64,000 nucleotides of DNA from Alphaproteobacteria bacterium (GTDB lineage Bacteria > Pseudomonadota > Alphaproteobacteria > UBA828), in assembly GCA_965220745.1 (NCBI GenBank), contig CBDCQT010000012.1, positions 4,661 through 68,660 on the forward strand. The letters are read 5' to 3'. A program made the translations under genes and the position numbers. Shown in pieces: positions 47,934 through 59,536 of the stretch. A model generated the notes under the pieces. It searched no databases. It saw only the letters and a list, made by a program, of their open reading frames with translations, and was not told where the DNA came from. How positions within the stretch are numbered: the stretch's first letter is position 1; each line of letters opens with the position of its first letter.

Positions 47934-48173
47934 TTACGCGTCCGTCGGGACGCTGGTCTGGAGCGCGAGCGCGTGCAGCTGATCGCCCATCCGCCCGCGC
48001 AGCGCGCGATAGACCATCTGATGCTGCTCCACCCGCGACTTGCCGGCGAACGAGGCCGAAACCACGCGCGCCGCGTAGTGATCGCCGTCGCCGCGCAGGT
48101 CGTCGATATGGATCTGGGCGTCCGGGAGCGCCTCTCGAATGAGCTGCTCGATCTCCTGAACGTCCATGGGCAT
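47934..48173 (-). CDS. BolA family protein
   Basis: 79 aa. ...DDLRGDGDHYAARVVSASFAGKSRVEQHQMVYRAL...HALALQT. BolA fold signature. Adjacent to grxD, as is commonly observed. Confidence 0.85.
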   Translation of the reverse strand: MPMDVQEIEQLIREALPDAQIHIDDLRGDGDHYAARVVSASFAGKSRVEQHQMVYRALRGRMGDQLHALALQTSVPTDA

Positions 48174-48210
48174 CGGCGGTTCTCTCAGGCGGTGCGGTCT
48201 GCGGGTGCGC

Positions 48211-50468
<2,258 letters not shown>

Positions 50469-50472
<4 letters not shown>

Positions 50473-51158
50473 GAGAGCGACTCCACCAGGTGATCGAACA
50501 TGGCGCGCCCGTCGGCGCCACCCAGCGCAGGCTCCGCAGCGCGCTCCGGATGCGGCATCAAGCCCAGCACCGTCCGCGCCGGATTGAGGATGCCTGCGAT
50601 GTCGGCGGCGGAGCCGTTGGGGTTGGCCTCGTTATCGGCCCTGTCGTCGTCCCCCACGTAGCGGAACGCCACCAGCCCGTCGCCTTCCAGCCGGGCCAGG
50701 GTCTCGGCATCGGCGCAGTAGTTGCCCTCGTGATGGGCGACCGGCATCCGCACCACCTGCCCGGCCTCGTAGCCGGCGGTGAACGGGCTCGCGGCTTCCT
50801 CCACGCGCAGGCTCACCCAGCGGCAGACGAAGCGGAGGCCTGCGTTGCGCATCAGCGCGCCCGGCAGCAGCCCGGCCTCGGTCGCCACTTGGAAGCCGTT
50901 GCAAATCGCCAGCACGAGCACGCCCGCCTTGGCCCGCTTCACCACGTCCGCCATCACCGGCGAGCGCGCCGCCATGGCGCCCGCGCGCAGGTAATCGCCG
51001 TGGGCAAAGCCGCCGGGCAGCACGATCAGGTCGCAGGCGGGCAGCGCGGTCTCGTCGTGCCAGACCACCGCGGGCGCCCGGCCTGTACTGGCCTCCAGCG
51101 CCACCATGACGTCGCGGTCGCAGTTGGAGCCGGGAAAGACGACGACCGCGGCCCTCAT
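50469..51158 (-). CDS. purQ: phosphoribosylformylglycinamidine synthase subunit PurQ (glutaminase)
   Basis: [16 protein letters not shown]...[12 protein letters not shown]...ICNGFQV...MPHPER class I amidotransferase triad. Confidence 0.9.
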
Positions 51159-51483
51159 CCCGCTCCCATCGCCGGGCATGGCACGTCCTTGCTGCCGCTC
51201 AGGAAAGAGAGACGTGGGACGCGGAACTTTAATTTCATCCGGGCTATGCCGGGATTAAGCGGGATGGCTGAGATTGCGGGGGACATGCGACCGCCGCCCG
51301 TGACCGTGGCCGCGGCGCTAGCGCGGTCTGCGGTCATCAACGTATTCCGCGCCCCGCGCTCACTCACCCCGCCTCGGACTGACGTGGCGTGATCTCCCCC
51401 GCGCAACATGATGCCTTCATCGCGCGGGCGCCGCGCCGCGTGCACCGGAACAAGGTCCGGGGAGTCTGACGCAGCGCGCCGGC

Positions 51484-51726
51484 TCATTCGGCGAGGTCGA
51501 TGGTGTAGTCCTCGATCACGGTGTTCGCCAGCAGGCGCGCACACATGGCGTCGAGCTGCTCCCTGGCGGCCTGCGGGTCGGTCTCGGCCAGGTCGAGCTC
51601 CAGGTACTTGCCCTGGCGCACGTCCTCCACGCCGGCGAATCCCATGCGGGCGAGCGTGCTCGCGATCGCCTTGCCTTGGGGGTCGAGAACGCCGGGCTTG
51701 AGGGTGATGTGGACTCGGGCTCGCAC
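51484..51726 (-). CDS. purS: phosphoribosylformylglycinamidine synthase subunit PurS
   Basis: 80 aa. MRARVHITLKPGVLDPQGKAIASTL... Confidence 0.9.
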   Translation of the reverse strand: MRARVHITLKPGVLDPQGKAIASTLARMGFAGVEDVRQGKYLELDLAETDPQAAREQLDAMCARLLANTVIEDYTIDLAE

Positions 51727-51732
51727 GCGGTC

Positions 51733-52506
51733 TCACGCGCGCTCGTCGTCGTTGCCGGCGCCGTTCACTGCCTGCACCACCGTCTCCGGCATCAGGCCGA
51801 GCCGCCGGGCGACCTCCTGATAGGCTTCGGAGACCCGGCCGAGATCGCGGCGGAAGCGGTCCTTGTCCAGCTTCTCGTTGGTCTCGATATCCCAGAGCCG
51901 GCAGCTGTCGGGCGTGATCTCGTCGGCGAGCACGATGCGCATGTCCTCGCCGTGCCAGAGGCGGCCGAACTCCAGCTTGAAGTCCACCAGCCTGATGCCG
52001 ATGCCGTGGAACAGCCCGCTGAGGAAGTCGTTGATGCGGAGCGACATGGAGAGGATGTCGTCGAGCTCCTGCGGCGTGGCCCAGCCGAAGGCGGTGATGT
52101 GCTCCTCCGAGACCAGCGGGTCGTCGAGCTCGTCGTTCTTGTAGCAGTACTCGACGATGGAGCGCGGCAGCTGGACGCCCTCCTTGAGGCCGAGCCGCTT
52201 GACCAGCGTGCCGGCGGCGTAGTTGCGGATGATCACCTCGACCGGGATGATCTCCACCTCGCGAATCAGTTGCTCGCGCATGTTGAGCCGGCGCATGAAA
52301 TGGGTGGGCACGCCGATCTCGTTGAGGCGCGCCATCAGGTGCTCGGAGATGCGGTTGTTGAGCACCCCCTTGCCGGTTATCACGCCCTGCTTCTTGTTGT
52401 TGAAGGCCGTGGCGTCGTCCTTGAAGTACTGCACCAGGGTGCCGGGCTCAGGCCCTTCGTAAAGGACCTTCGCCTTTCCTTCGTAGATCCGCCTGCGACG
52501 GGACAT
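51733..52506 (-). CDS. purC: phosphoribosylaminoimidazole-succinocarboxamide (SAICAR) synthase
   Basis: [36 protein letters not shown]...DKDRFR... Confidence 0.95.
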   Translation of the reverse strand: MSRRRRIYEGKAKVLYEGPEPGTLVQYFKDDATAFNNKKQGVITGKGVLNNRISEHLMARLNEIGVPTHFMRRLNMREQLIREVEIIPVEVIIRNYAAGTLVKRLGLKEGVQLPRSIVEYCYKNDELDDPLVSEEHITAFGWATPQELDDILSMSLRINDFLSGLFHGIGIRLVDFKLEFGRLWHGEDMRIVLADEITPDSCRLWDIETNEKLDKDRFRRDLGRVSEAYQEVARRLGLMPETVVQAVNGAGNDDERA

Positions 52507-52657
52507 GATGGGGATCCTCGATGTGGGGGGCGTCGCGCCGGGTCGGCGCTGCGCGCGCCCGTTACCTCGCCAACATAGTCGTTACACGGGGTCAGTACAA
52601 TTGCCTGTCGCCAGTCGTTCCGGGCGGGCCGCGCGGGTCGGCCGCCGCGATGGCGCT

Positions 52658-53407
52658 CTAAATCTCAATGCTTTCAAATAGATGACGATTCGGTGGCCCC
52701 GCCGCGAAAAGCCACACAGGGGCGGTGTCGGGCCGTCCGGGCGGCGGCAACGCAATCAACGACGCGTTAACCGTCCCGAATCCGCCGACGGGCTCGATGC
52801 ACATGGCGGCCTCCGGGTCGCCGCCCGAGTCGCGCGCCCCCCGCGCGAGCAGCGCAGCCCAGCCGTCCCAGGCGCCGCGTTCGGGGTCGGGCGGTGCCGC
52901 CGCCTCGAAGGCCGCGAGATGGGTGCGAATTCGTGCCGATTTCGCGTCGTTGCGCTCGCGCGCGGTGAACATGGAAAGCCCCTCCGGCAGCGCATGAAAC
53001 ACAGGGGCCTTGCCGCCGTCATGGCGCAGCCAGAACGCCTCATCGGAATCGGCCACCACGAGGTTGAAAGGGCGATAGGCCGCGCCGTCGATATCGGCGA
53101 GCGCCATGGCCGCCGCCGCGGCATCGGCATGATCCAGCGCATCCAGCACCAGCTCGCCCCGCGAGCGCTTGCCCGCTGCGGGCCCGAGCGCGCCGGTGCG
53201 GTTCAGGATGCCAGCGCAGAGGCCGTCGTCGTTGACGCCGAGCCAGCTTCCGCCCGCGAGCTCGTCCTGGCCAGCGGTCACCTCTGCCCGGTCGGGCCAG
53301 TGCCGGCCCGGCCCGCGCCAGGGGCGGTCGATCATCTCGTCGCGGTTGGCGGCGATCACGACCGGCCAGTCGTGGCCGGGGCGCCGCAGGATCACGAGTG
53401 TGCACAT
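52658..53407 (-). CDS. NRDE family protein (TANGO2-like)
   Basis: MCTLVILRRPGHDWPVVIAANRDEM... N-terminal Cys and the NRDE motif. Confidence 0.8.
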   Translation of the reverse strand: MCTLVILRRPGHDWPVVIAANRDEMIDRPWRGPGRHWPDRAEVTAGQDELAGGSWLGVNDDGLCAGILNRTGALGPAAGKRSRGELVLDALDHADAAAAAMALADIDGAAYRPFNLVVADSDEAFWLRHDGGKAPVFHALPEGLSMFTARERNDAKSARIRTHLAAFEAAAPPDPERGAWDGWAALLARGARDSGGDPEAAMCIEPVGGFGTVNASLIALPPPGRPDTAPVWLFAAGPPNRHLFESIEI

Positions 53408-53506
53408 GCCGCCTTACCCGCCGAAGGGACCGCGCCCGCCGTGGACCGGCGCGGGCCGCTCTGGCACAATGCGCGCGCGTCCAATCATCGGCTGGGAGCC
53501 TGGGGT

Positions 53507-53827
53507 ATGAACACGTTCGATGACCGCAAGAAAGCCGCCGAGGCGAAGTTCAAGCACGATCAGGAGTTTCAGTTCAAGGTCATCGCCCGGCGCAACAAGC
53601 TTCTCGGCCTGTGGGCGGCGGAGAAGATGGGCATCGCGGGCGACGATGCCGAGGCCTACGCCAAGCAGGTGGTCATGGCCGATTTCGAGGAGCCGGGCGA
53701 CGACGACGTGGTCCGCAAGGTGGTCGGCGACTTGACGCAGAAGGGCATCGAGGCCGACGATCACCTGATCCGCACGCAGATGGAGCGCCTGTTGGACGAG
53801 GCCAAGGGCCAGGTCAGCACCGAATAG
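53507..53827 (+). CDS. DUF1476 protein, F1-ATPase inhibitor zeta-subunit-like
   Basis: MNTFDDRKKAAEAKFKHDQEFQFKVIARRNKLLGLWAAEKMG...FEEPGDDDVVRKV... resembles the alphaproteobacterial zeta subunit family. It forms only the last 107 codons of track ORF 52682..53827. Confidence 0.8.
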   Translation: MNTFDDRKKAAEAKFKHDQEFQFKVIARRNKLLGLWAAEKMGIAGDDAEAYAKQVVMADFEEPGDDDVVRKVVGDLTQKGIEADDHLIRTQMERLLDEAKGQVSTE

Positions 53828-53870
53828 CCCGCGCGCGTACCTCCTCCATCCTCGACGTTCGGAACCGCCG

Positions 53871-54395
53871 GTGAGCGGAACTGCCTCCGGCTGGGGCGCC
53901 CACGCCCACCGGGCGCTGCATGCGGCCGGCGTGCGCCAGGTCGCCTACGTGCCGGATGGCGGCCTGTCGGCGCTACTCGGCCTGTGCGAGGCCGACGAGA
54001 CCATGCGCATGGTGCTTCTGGCCCACGAGCAGGAAGGCCCGGCGCTGATCGCCGGCGCCTGGCTCGGCGGCGAGCGCGCGGCGCTGCTGATGCAGTCGAG
54101 CGGGGCCGGCAACTGCGTCGCCGCGCTCTCGCTGATCCGCACCTGCCGCTTCCCCTTCCTCAGCATCGTCACCATGCGGGGCGAGTGGGGCGAGACCAAC
54201 CCTTGGCAGCTCCCCATGGGCCAGGGGACCGCAGCCCATCTCGAGCAGTGCGGCGTGATCGTCTCGCGCGTCGACGACCCAGACGACGCGTTCGAAACCA
54301 TCGAGGCGGCCGCCGCCATCGTCTTTGAAAGCCAAGCGGCGGCCGCGGTCCTCATCGGTCAGCGCGTGATCGGCGCCAAGAGCTTCGACGGATGA
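53871..54395 (+). CDS. thiamine-diphosphate enzyme, N-terminal (PYR) domain subunit; sulfopyruvate/phosphonopyruvate decarboxylase alpha-like
   Basis: ...VPDGGLSALL...HEQEGPALIAGAWLGGERAALLMQSSGAGN... 174 aa. 4-nt overlap with the next gene. Confidence 0.7.
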   Translation: MSGTASGWGAHAHRALHAAGVRQVAYVPDGGLSALLGLCEADETMRMVLLAHEQEGPALIAGAWLGGERAALLMQSSGAGNCVAALSLIRTCRFPFLSIVTMRGEWGETNPWQLPMGQGTAAHLEQCGVIVSRVDDPDDAFETIEAAAAIVFESQAAAAVLIGQRVIGAKSFDG

Positions 54396-54997
54396 CGCAC
54401 CGCGCGCAGCCGGATACGACCCTGGACCGGCGCACGGCGACGGCAGTTCTGCTCGAAGGCCGCGACGACGTGCTCGTGGTTCCCGGCCTGGGCTCTGCCA
54501 CCTGGGACTGTGCCGCGCTCGGCGACAACCCGCTGCACTTCTCGCTCTGGGGCGCCATGGGCAACGCGTCGATGATCGGGCTCGGTCTCGCGCTAGCGCA
54601 GCCTGCGCGCCGCGTGCTGGTGTTGACAGGCGACGGCGACATGCTGATGGGGCTCGCGAGCCTCGCCACCATCGCGACCCAGGCGCCGCCCAATCTCGCC
54701 ATCGTCGTGCTCGACAACGAGCGTCACGGTGAGACCGGAATGCAGCCCACGCATACCGCGCACCGCACCGATCTCGCAGCCACAGCAGCCGCCTGCGGCT
54801 TTGCCGAGGCCCGGCAGGTCGCGGACGAAGCCGGCCTCCGCGCCGCGCTCCCGCTGGTGCACGAGACGCCGGGGCCGACCTTCCTCACGGTGAAGGTGCA
54901 CGCGAAGCCCCTGCCCCGAGTCCTCCCACCCCGCGACGGCGCCTACCTCAAGGACCGCTTCCGCGCGGCGTTATTGGGCAAGGACGCCGTCCTTTAG
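54392..54997 (+). CDS. thiamine-diphosphate enzyme, C-terminal (PP) domain subunit; sulfopyruvate/phosphonopyruvate decarboxylase beta-like
   Basis: ...LTGDGDMLMGLASLATIA...VVLDNERHGETG... (GDG...N TPP-binding motif). Confidence 0.7.
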   Translation: MTHRAQPDTTLDRRTATAVLLEGRDDVLVVPGLGSATWDCAALGDNPLHFSLWGAMGNASMIGLGLALAQPARRVLVLTGDGDMLMGLASLATIATQAPPNLAIVVLDNERHGETGMQPTHTAHRTDLAATAAACGFAEARQVADEAGLRAALPLVHETPGPTFLTVKVHAKPLPRVLPPRDGAYLKDRFRAALLGKDAVL

Positions 54998-55253
54998 TCC
55001 CGGCAGCGCATCGTCGTCCCGGCGCAAGGCCGGCGTACGGAACCTCCCTCCCTGCGCCGTGTTGACTTGCCGTTCCGAGCGCCCCACCGTTTTCGGCATG
55101 CTTCTCTCGAGTCGCGACGCCGCCGGGATGCTTCGAGAGGTCGCTCCCTGAACGGCGCGCGTTTGCAAGGCTCGCTTGGAGTTGGCAGAGCGCCGCACTC
55201 CCCCATTGGGCCGCTGCCGCCGACCCACCCACGCTGCCGAGGAACCTGATGCC

Positions 55254-56531
55254 ATGAGACGCCAGACCCGATCCCTTCGCCCGGTAACGGCACTTCTGAT
55301 GGTTGGAAGCCTGGCCGGTGGCCTGTCCGCCTGCGGTGGCGGAGGTGGTGACGGGTCGTCCCCTCCGCCGATGCCCACAGCCAGCGGTGAGGCGCTCGAC
55401 GTAGCGATCACCGCGGATCCCCCGTCAACGGCACCGGACCTGCTGAGCGCGGACGGCTCGGGGACGCCCGCGGACGGCACGATGCTCGAGGAGGCAGCCG
55501 ACGCGGCCAGAGCCACAATCGACGGCTGGGACGGCAGCGTGTACGAGCGAATGAACGAGGCGAATGGTACGCCGGCTTCGACAGAAACATTCGTGATCTA
55601 TAGCAACAAAGACGCGCCGGAGGACACGCCGTTCAGCGATGTTTATCCGTTCGATTATGACGCGGACAACGACGCAGCGAATGACTCTTTGATCGTCGAC
55701 GACTCAAACGTGGGGTTAGTCAGTGGCGTGGCTGAGTTCCCTTCGGCAGTCAATCAAGTGGACGTGCCGTTCACGGACGACGATACGTTCATGGGCATGT
55801 TCGCCGGCGCGCCGGGCAGCTACACCTGCGTCTCGATGTGCACACTCTCAACCAATATGGATGCAGAATTGAGCGCCGTCGGCGGCGACTGGATCTTCGC
55901 ACCCAACGACGATGAGTTCCCGGTGCCGGTTGACGACAGCGACTACATCCATTTCGGCTACTGGATGAATGAGTCGGAAGAGAACGACCAGCCCGTCATG
56001 ATGGCAGCCGCCATCGCCGGCGGAACCGACCCGTCCCCCATCGGCACCGTTCAAAGCCTCGAGGGTCAGGCCAGCTACAGTGGCGCGGCGACGGGCCTCT
56101 ACGTGATCAGAACTTTTACGTTGGACGGTGAAGTCCAGAGCCGGACGGGCGGACAGTTCACCGCCGATGCGACGCTGACGGCCTACTTTGGCGGCGACGA
56201 CGTAGCCGTCAACAAGCACTGCTCGATCGTCGGCACGATCGAGAATTTCGGGGACCAACGCGGCAGCCCCATCGACTCAAGCTGGAGCGTCGAGCTGGAG
56301 GCAGCGCGGTTCGGCAGTCAACAAGGCGGCACGTTCCGTGGCGCGACCGAGGGCGACCAAGGCCTGATGGGCTCCTGGGACGGCCGGTTCTTCGGACCTG
56401 TGGCCGTCGACGGCGACGATACGATGCCGGGGAACCAGTCTACGTTCCCGAGCGCCGTGGCCGGAACCTTCGACGCCGCGTTTACGAACGGCGCCGTCAT
56501 CGGCTCCTTCGGCACAGAGAGAGACGACTGA
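55254..56531 (+). CDS. lipoprotein with C-terminal TbpB/fHbp-like 8-stranded beta-barrel domain
   Basis: MRRQTRSLRPVTALLMVGSLAGGLSAC-GGGGGDGSS (lipobox plus flexible linker). C-terminus ...ASYSGAATGLYV...FTADATLTAYFGG...GTIENF...GSWDGRFFGP...VAGTFDAAFTNGAVIGSFGTERDD. Confidence 0.7.
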   Translation: MRRQTRSLRPVTALLMVGSLAGGLSACGGGGGDGSSPPPMPTASGEALDVAITADPPSTAPDLLSADGSGTPADGTMLEEAADAARATIDGWDGSVYERMNEANGTPASTETFVIYSNKDAPEDTPFSDVYPFDYDADNDAANDSLIVDDSNVGLVSGVAEFPSAVNQVDVPFTDDDTFMGMFAGAPGSYTCVSMCTLSTNMDAELSAVGGDWIFAPNDDEFPVPVDDSDYIHFGYWMNESEENDQPVMMAAAIAGGTDPSPIGTVQSLEGQASYSGAATGLYVIRTFTLDGEVQSRTGGQFTADATLTAYFGGDDVAVNKHCSIVGTIENFGDQRGSPIDSSWSVELEAARFGSQQGGTFRGATEGDQGLMGSWDGRFFGPVAVDGDDTMPGNQSTFPSAVAGTFDAAFTNGAVIGSFGTERDD

Positions 56532-56707
56532 CGCAGACGCTGTGGGCGCGCGCCGGCGCCTATCTAGAGGACCGAAATCGGGCAGCGCTATTGGATGGAG
56601 ACGCGGCCGTCTGAATCCTGCCGCCCCTTCCCCTCTGTCGCTAGCACAGAACTTGACAAATCATGATATGAGAAGATAGGTCTGCGAGAAGCAATCGGGA
56701 CCTTGCC

Positions 56708-56935
56708 ATGCCGCAGACGCGCGAAAAATTTGCCACCCAGGTTGACGGTGCGCTGCTGTCCGACCTGCGAGGGTTGGCGAAACAGGAAGGGCGTCAAATT
56801 CAGGCGCTCGTCGAAGAGGCGATCGCAGCGCTGATTGAGCAGCGGCGACACGGCACCGCCCGCCCACACGTGATGAGCGCCTATCTAAAGAGCCACGCCC
56901 GCTACGCACCGCTCTACAAGAAACTCGCGAAGTGA
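56708..56935 (+). CDS. ribbon-helix-helix antitoxin (partner of Doc)
   Basis: 75 aa. ...KFATQVDGALLSDLRGLAKQEGRQIQALVEEAIAALI... (RHH pattern). 4-nt ATGA overlap with the doc-like gene. Confidence 0.7.
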   Translation: MPQTREKFATQVDGALLSDLRGLAKQEGRQIQALVEEAIAALIEQRRHGTARPHVMSAYLKSHARYAPLYKKLAK

Positions 56936-57312
56936 CGCGGGATTATTTGACCCTTGCCGACGTTCTCGCCATCCATGACGACCAGATCGCGACCTATGGC
57001 GGCGCGGAGGGTGTGCGGGATCCGGGCCAGTTGGAAGCCGCACTGTTCCGACCGCAGAGCGGCTATTACGCCGATGTGATCGCGGAAGCGGCGGCCCTTT
57101 GGGAGAGCCTCTCGCAGAATCATCCTTTCATCGACGGCAACAAACGCACCGCTTTCGCCGCGACGTTCACGTTTCTCGCCATCAACGGTGTGGAGCTTAC
57201 AGCCAGCGCTGACGAGGCGTGGACATTTCTGTCCCGCCTCTACGACCGCAGCGAACTCACGTTCGACGCGCTCGATGCATGGCTCCGCGACAACACGAAG
57301 CCTGTGAGTTAG
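56932..57312 (+). CDS. doc: Fic/Doc family toxin (death-on-curing)
   Basis: ...GVRDPGQLEAALFRPQ...HPFIDGNKRTAFAAT... Doc-type Fic motif. Confidence 0.85.
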   Translation: MTRDYLTLADVLAIHDDQIATYGGAEGVRDPGQLEAALFRPQSGYYADVIAEAAALWESLSQNHPFIDGNKRTAFAATFTFLAINGVELTASADEAWTFLSRLYDRSELTFDALDAWLRDNTKPVS

Positions 57313-57324
57313 CGCCAGGCAGCG

Positions 57325-57699
57325 CTACTCGTGGACGTCGAAGCGGAACGACTTCGAGACGATCTTCCACTCGCCGTCGATCTTGACGAGGCTCAGGAAG
57401 TCCGTGAAGTAGCGCGGATGAATCGCGCACTCGCAGGTCACGACGGCGGTGTTCTCGTCCGACATGTCGATGGAGAGGATCTTGTCGAAGCGCGCCTGCC
57501 CCGTCGACGCCGGCGGCACGCGGCCCCTCACGATTTCGAACCACTCCTCGCGCGGCCAGTCGACGAACTTGCCGTCCATGTTCGCGAAGAGGCGGCTGGA
57601 CGGGTGAAAGATCGTGGCGAGCTTCTCCGTGTCGCACTCGTATAGCCCGTCGAAATAGACCTGCACCACGTCGGTGATCTCTTGGTAGCTGTTGCTCAT
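57325..57699 (-). CDS. NTF2/SnoaL-like (putative lumazine-binding) family protein
   Basis: MSNSYQEITDVVQVYFDGLYECDTEKLATIFHPSSRLF...KIDGEWKIVSKSF. It forms only the last 124 codons of track ORF 57325..59157. Confidence 0.7.
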   Translation of the reverse strand: MSNSYQEITDVVQVYFDGLYECDTEKLATIFHPSSRLFANMDGKFVDWPREEWFEIVRGRVPPASTGQARFDKILSIDMSDENTAVVTCECAIHPRYFTDFLSLVKIDGEWKIVSKSFRFDVHE

Positions 57700-57894
57700 T
57701 CGTGCTCCCTCCAGTCCCTTGCGGCCCCTTGGCCCGTTCCGCCGACCACGGACCCCGTATAGGCTTTTGCGCCTACCCACAAGAGCCGTATCGCCGGCGC
57801 CGAGCTTGATCCCCGGACGGGCTGGCGTGCTACCGTCCCACTCTGCGACAGCGAGGGCCGACCGGAGGCCGCGCCGGGCGCGGGAGGGAGACCG

Positions 57895-59085
57895 ATGAAG
57901 ACGGTCGTGCGGAACAAGCAGTGGGCGGAGAAGTATCCCGACCTCGGGACCGAGCCGGTGCCCACCGAGCCCTACTACTCGGACGAACACTACGCCCTCG
58001 AGCGCGAGCGCATCTTCCGCCGGTGCTGGATCAATGTGGGCCGCGTGGACGAAATCCCCGAGCCGGGCGATTACTTCGTGCGCGAGATCGCCATCTGCAA
58101 AGTCTCCGTGCTGATCATCCGGGGCTCGGACGGTGTCGTGCGCGGCTTCCACAACGTCTGCTCGCATCGCGGCAACACTCTGGTGCTGGACGGGCGCGGC
58201 ACCTGCCCCGGCAGCGTCTACTGCCACTTCCATAACTGGATTTACAGCGACACGGGCGAGCTCATCCGCGTGCCCGACGAGGAGAACTTCTTCGACCTCG
58301 ACAAGCGCGACCACGGGCTCACCCCGGTCAACACGGATTTCTGGGAGGGCTTCGTCTTCGTCCACCTTGAACCGGAACCCGCGGAGACGCTGCGGCAATA
58401 TCTCGGCGGCGTCGCCGACCAACTCGACGGCTGCCCGTTCCACGAGATGGGATTGATGCAGACCTACAAGGTGGAGGAGCAAGCCAACTGGAAGGTGGCG
58501 CTCGACGCGCAGAACGAGCTCTATCACCTGCCGTTCCAGCACCGCCTGATCGTGGGTGATGCCTTCGTTAAGAACGACAAGGGCCTCATTCGCTTCCAGG
58601 ACGTCAATCTCTACAACTATCACAGCGTCTGGTCGTGCGAGAACAACCCGACTCGCGCACTGCCACCGCTGGAGAGCATGCTGTTCGACGGCGACGACAG
58701 GGCGCCCGTGATCCGCATCCCGCAGATGATCGGCGAGTTCGACTTCTTCGTGGTGTTCCCGAACTTCGTGCTGCTGCTGTTCGATGTCGGCAATTCGACG
58801 AGCTACATCAGCTACAATTTTTGGCCGCTCGCCGTGGACCGGACGATCTGGGAGATCCGCATGCATTTCAGGGAACCCAGGTCCACGCGTGAGCGGCTGC
58901 AGCAGGAGTATTTCAAGTGCATCATTCGCGATGCGCTGCAAGAGGACGCATTCGCGCACGAGAACATTCATGCGGGTCTCGCCTCGCGCGCGAAGTCGCA
59001 CGTGATCCTGCAAGACGAGGAGGCGCCGATCCGCTACTTCCACAAGGTGCTGGAGGATCACTGCGGGTTCTACCGGAACGCGTGA
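57895..59085 (+). CDS. Rieske [2Fe-2S] aromatic-ring-hydroxylating oxygenase, alpha subunit-like
   Basis: Rieske motif CSHRGNTLV...CHFHNW. The C-terminal catalytic domain has ...NELYHLPFQH... Confidence 0.85.
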   Translation: MKTVVRNKQWAEKYPDLGTEPVPTEPYYSDEHYALERERIFRRCWINVGRVDEIPEPGDYFVREIAICKVSVLIIRGSDGVVRGFHNVCSHRGNTLVLDGRGTCPGSVYCHFHNWIYSDTGELIRVPDEENFFDLDKRDHGLTPVNTDFWEGFVFVHLEPEPAETLRQYLGGVADQLDGCPFHEMGLMQTYKVEEQANWKVALDAQNELYHLPFQHRLIVGDAFVKNDKGLIRFQDVNLYNYHSVWSCENNPTRALPPLESMLFDGDDRAPVIRIPQMIGEFDFFVVFPNFVLLLFDVGNSTSYISYNFWPLAVDRTIWEIRMHFREPRSTRERLQQEYFKCIIRDALQEDAFAHENIHAGLASRAKSHVILQDEEAPIRYFHKVLEDHCGFYRNA

Positions 59086-59116
59086 GGGGCGCTGGCGGAA
59101 GGAAGGAGCGCGCACG

Positions 59117-59440
59117 ATGGCCGACGCTGCATTGCCGGACGGGTTCGAGGACCTCACCCCCTGGCTCGACTGGGCGCTGGAGCCCGAGCGCGCGCGCTCG
59201 GCGAAGAAAACCGAGTCCTCGATGGAGGAACTCCGCGCCTTCTACGACGCGATGATGCCGCGTATGGAGGAGATCATCGCCTACCTGGATGGCGTTCCTG
59301 ACGACGACAGGCCGGCGCCGGCGCACCGCCTCTACCTGATCACCCTCTCACTCGTCGAAGTCGCCAACCTCGTGGAGATCTACAAGCGCCGCGAGGTGAT
59401 CGAGGCCTGCGACCCCCTGCACTTCAACCCGCAGCACTGA
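59117..59440 (+). CDS. hypothetical protein
   Basis: 107-aa ORF with host-like codon usage, immediately downstream of the Rieske oxygenase. No domain recognised. Confidence 0.5.
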   Translation: MADAALPDGFEDLTPWLDWALEPERARSAKKTESSMEELRAFYDAMMPRMEEIIAYLDGVPDDDRPAPAHRLYLITLSLVEVANLVEIYKRREVIEACDPLHFNPQH

Positions 59441-59536
59441 AGGGGAAGGGCTGGAACAACAGGCCACTATCTGTAGACACTATCTATATAAACACGTTGT
59501 GACCATACTGCGGAAGAGTGATCATCCGAACTTAAT

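Noticed and set aside
52507-52657. ZTP (pfl) riboswitch upstream of purC, suggested by ..ACGACTGGCGACAGG.. on the coding strand
   Set aside because: Only the ACUGGCG-like segment is present. The downstream CCGGG and CCGCCUGGGC pseudoknot elements and the P1/P2 pairings are missing.
57700-59157. Upstream 480 codons of the 610-aa minus-strand ORF 57325..59157
   Set aside because: Only the last 124 codons (NTF2-like, with own ATG) look genuine. The rest is antisense to the Rieske oxygenase gene and the following hypothetical gene.
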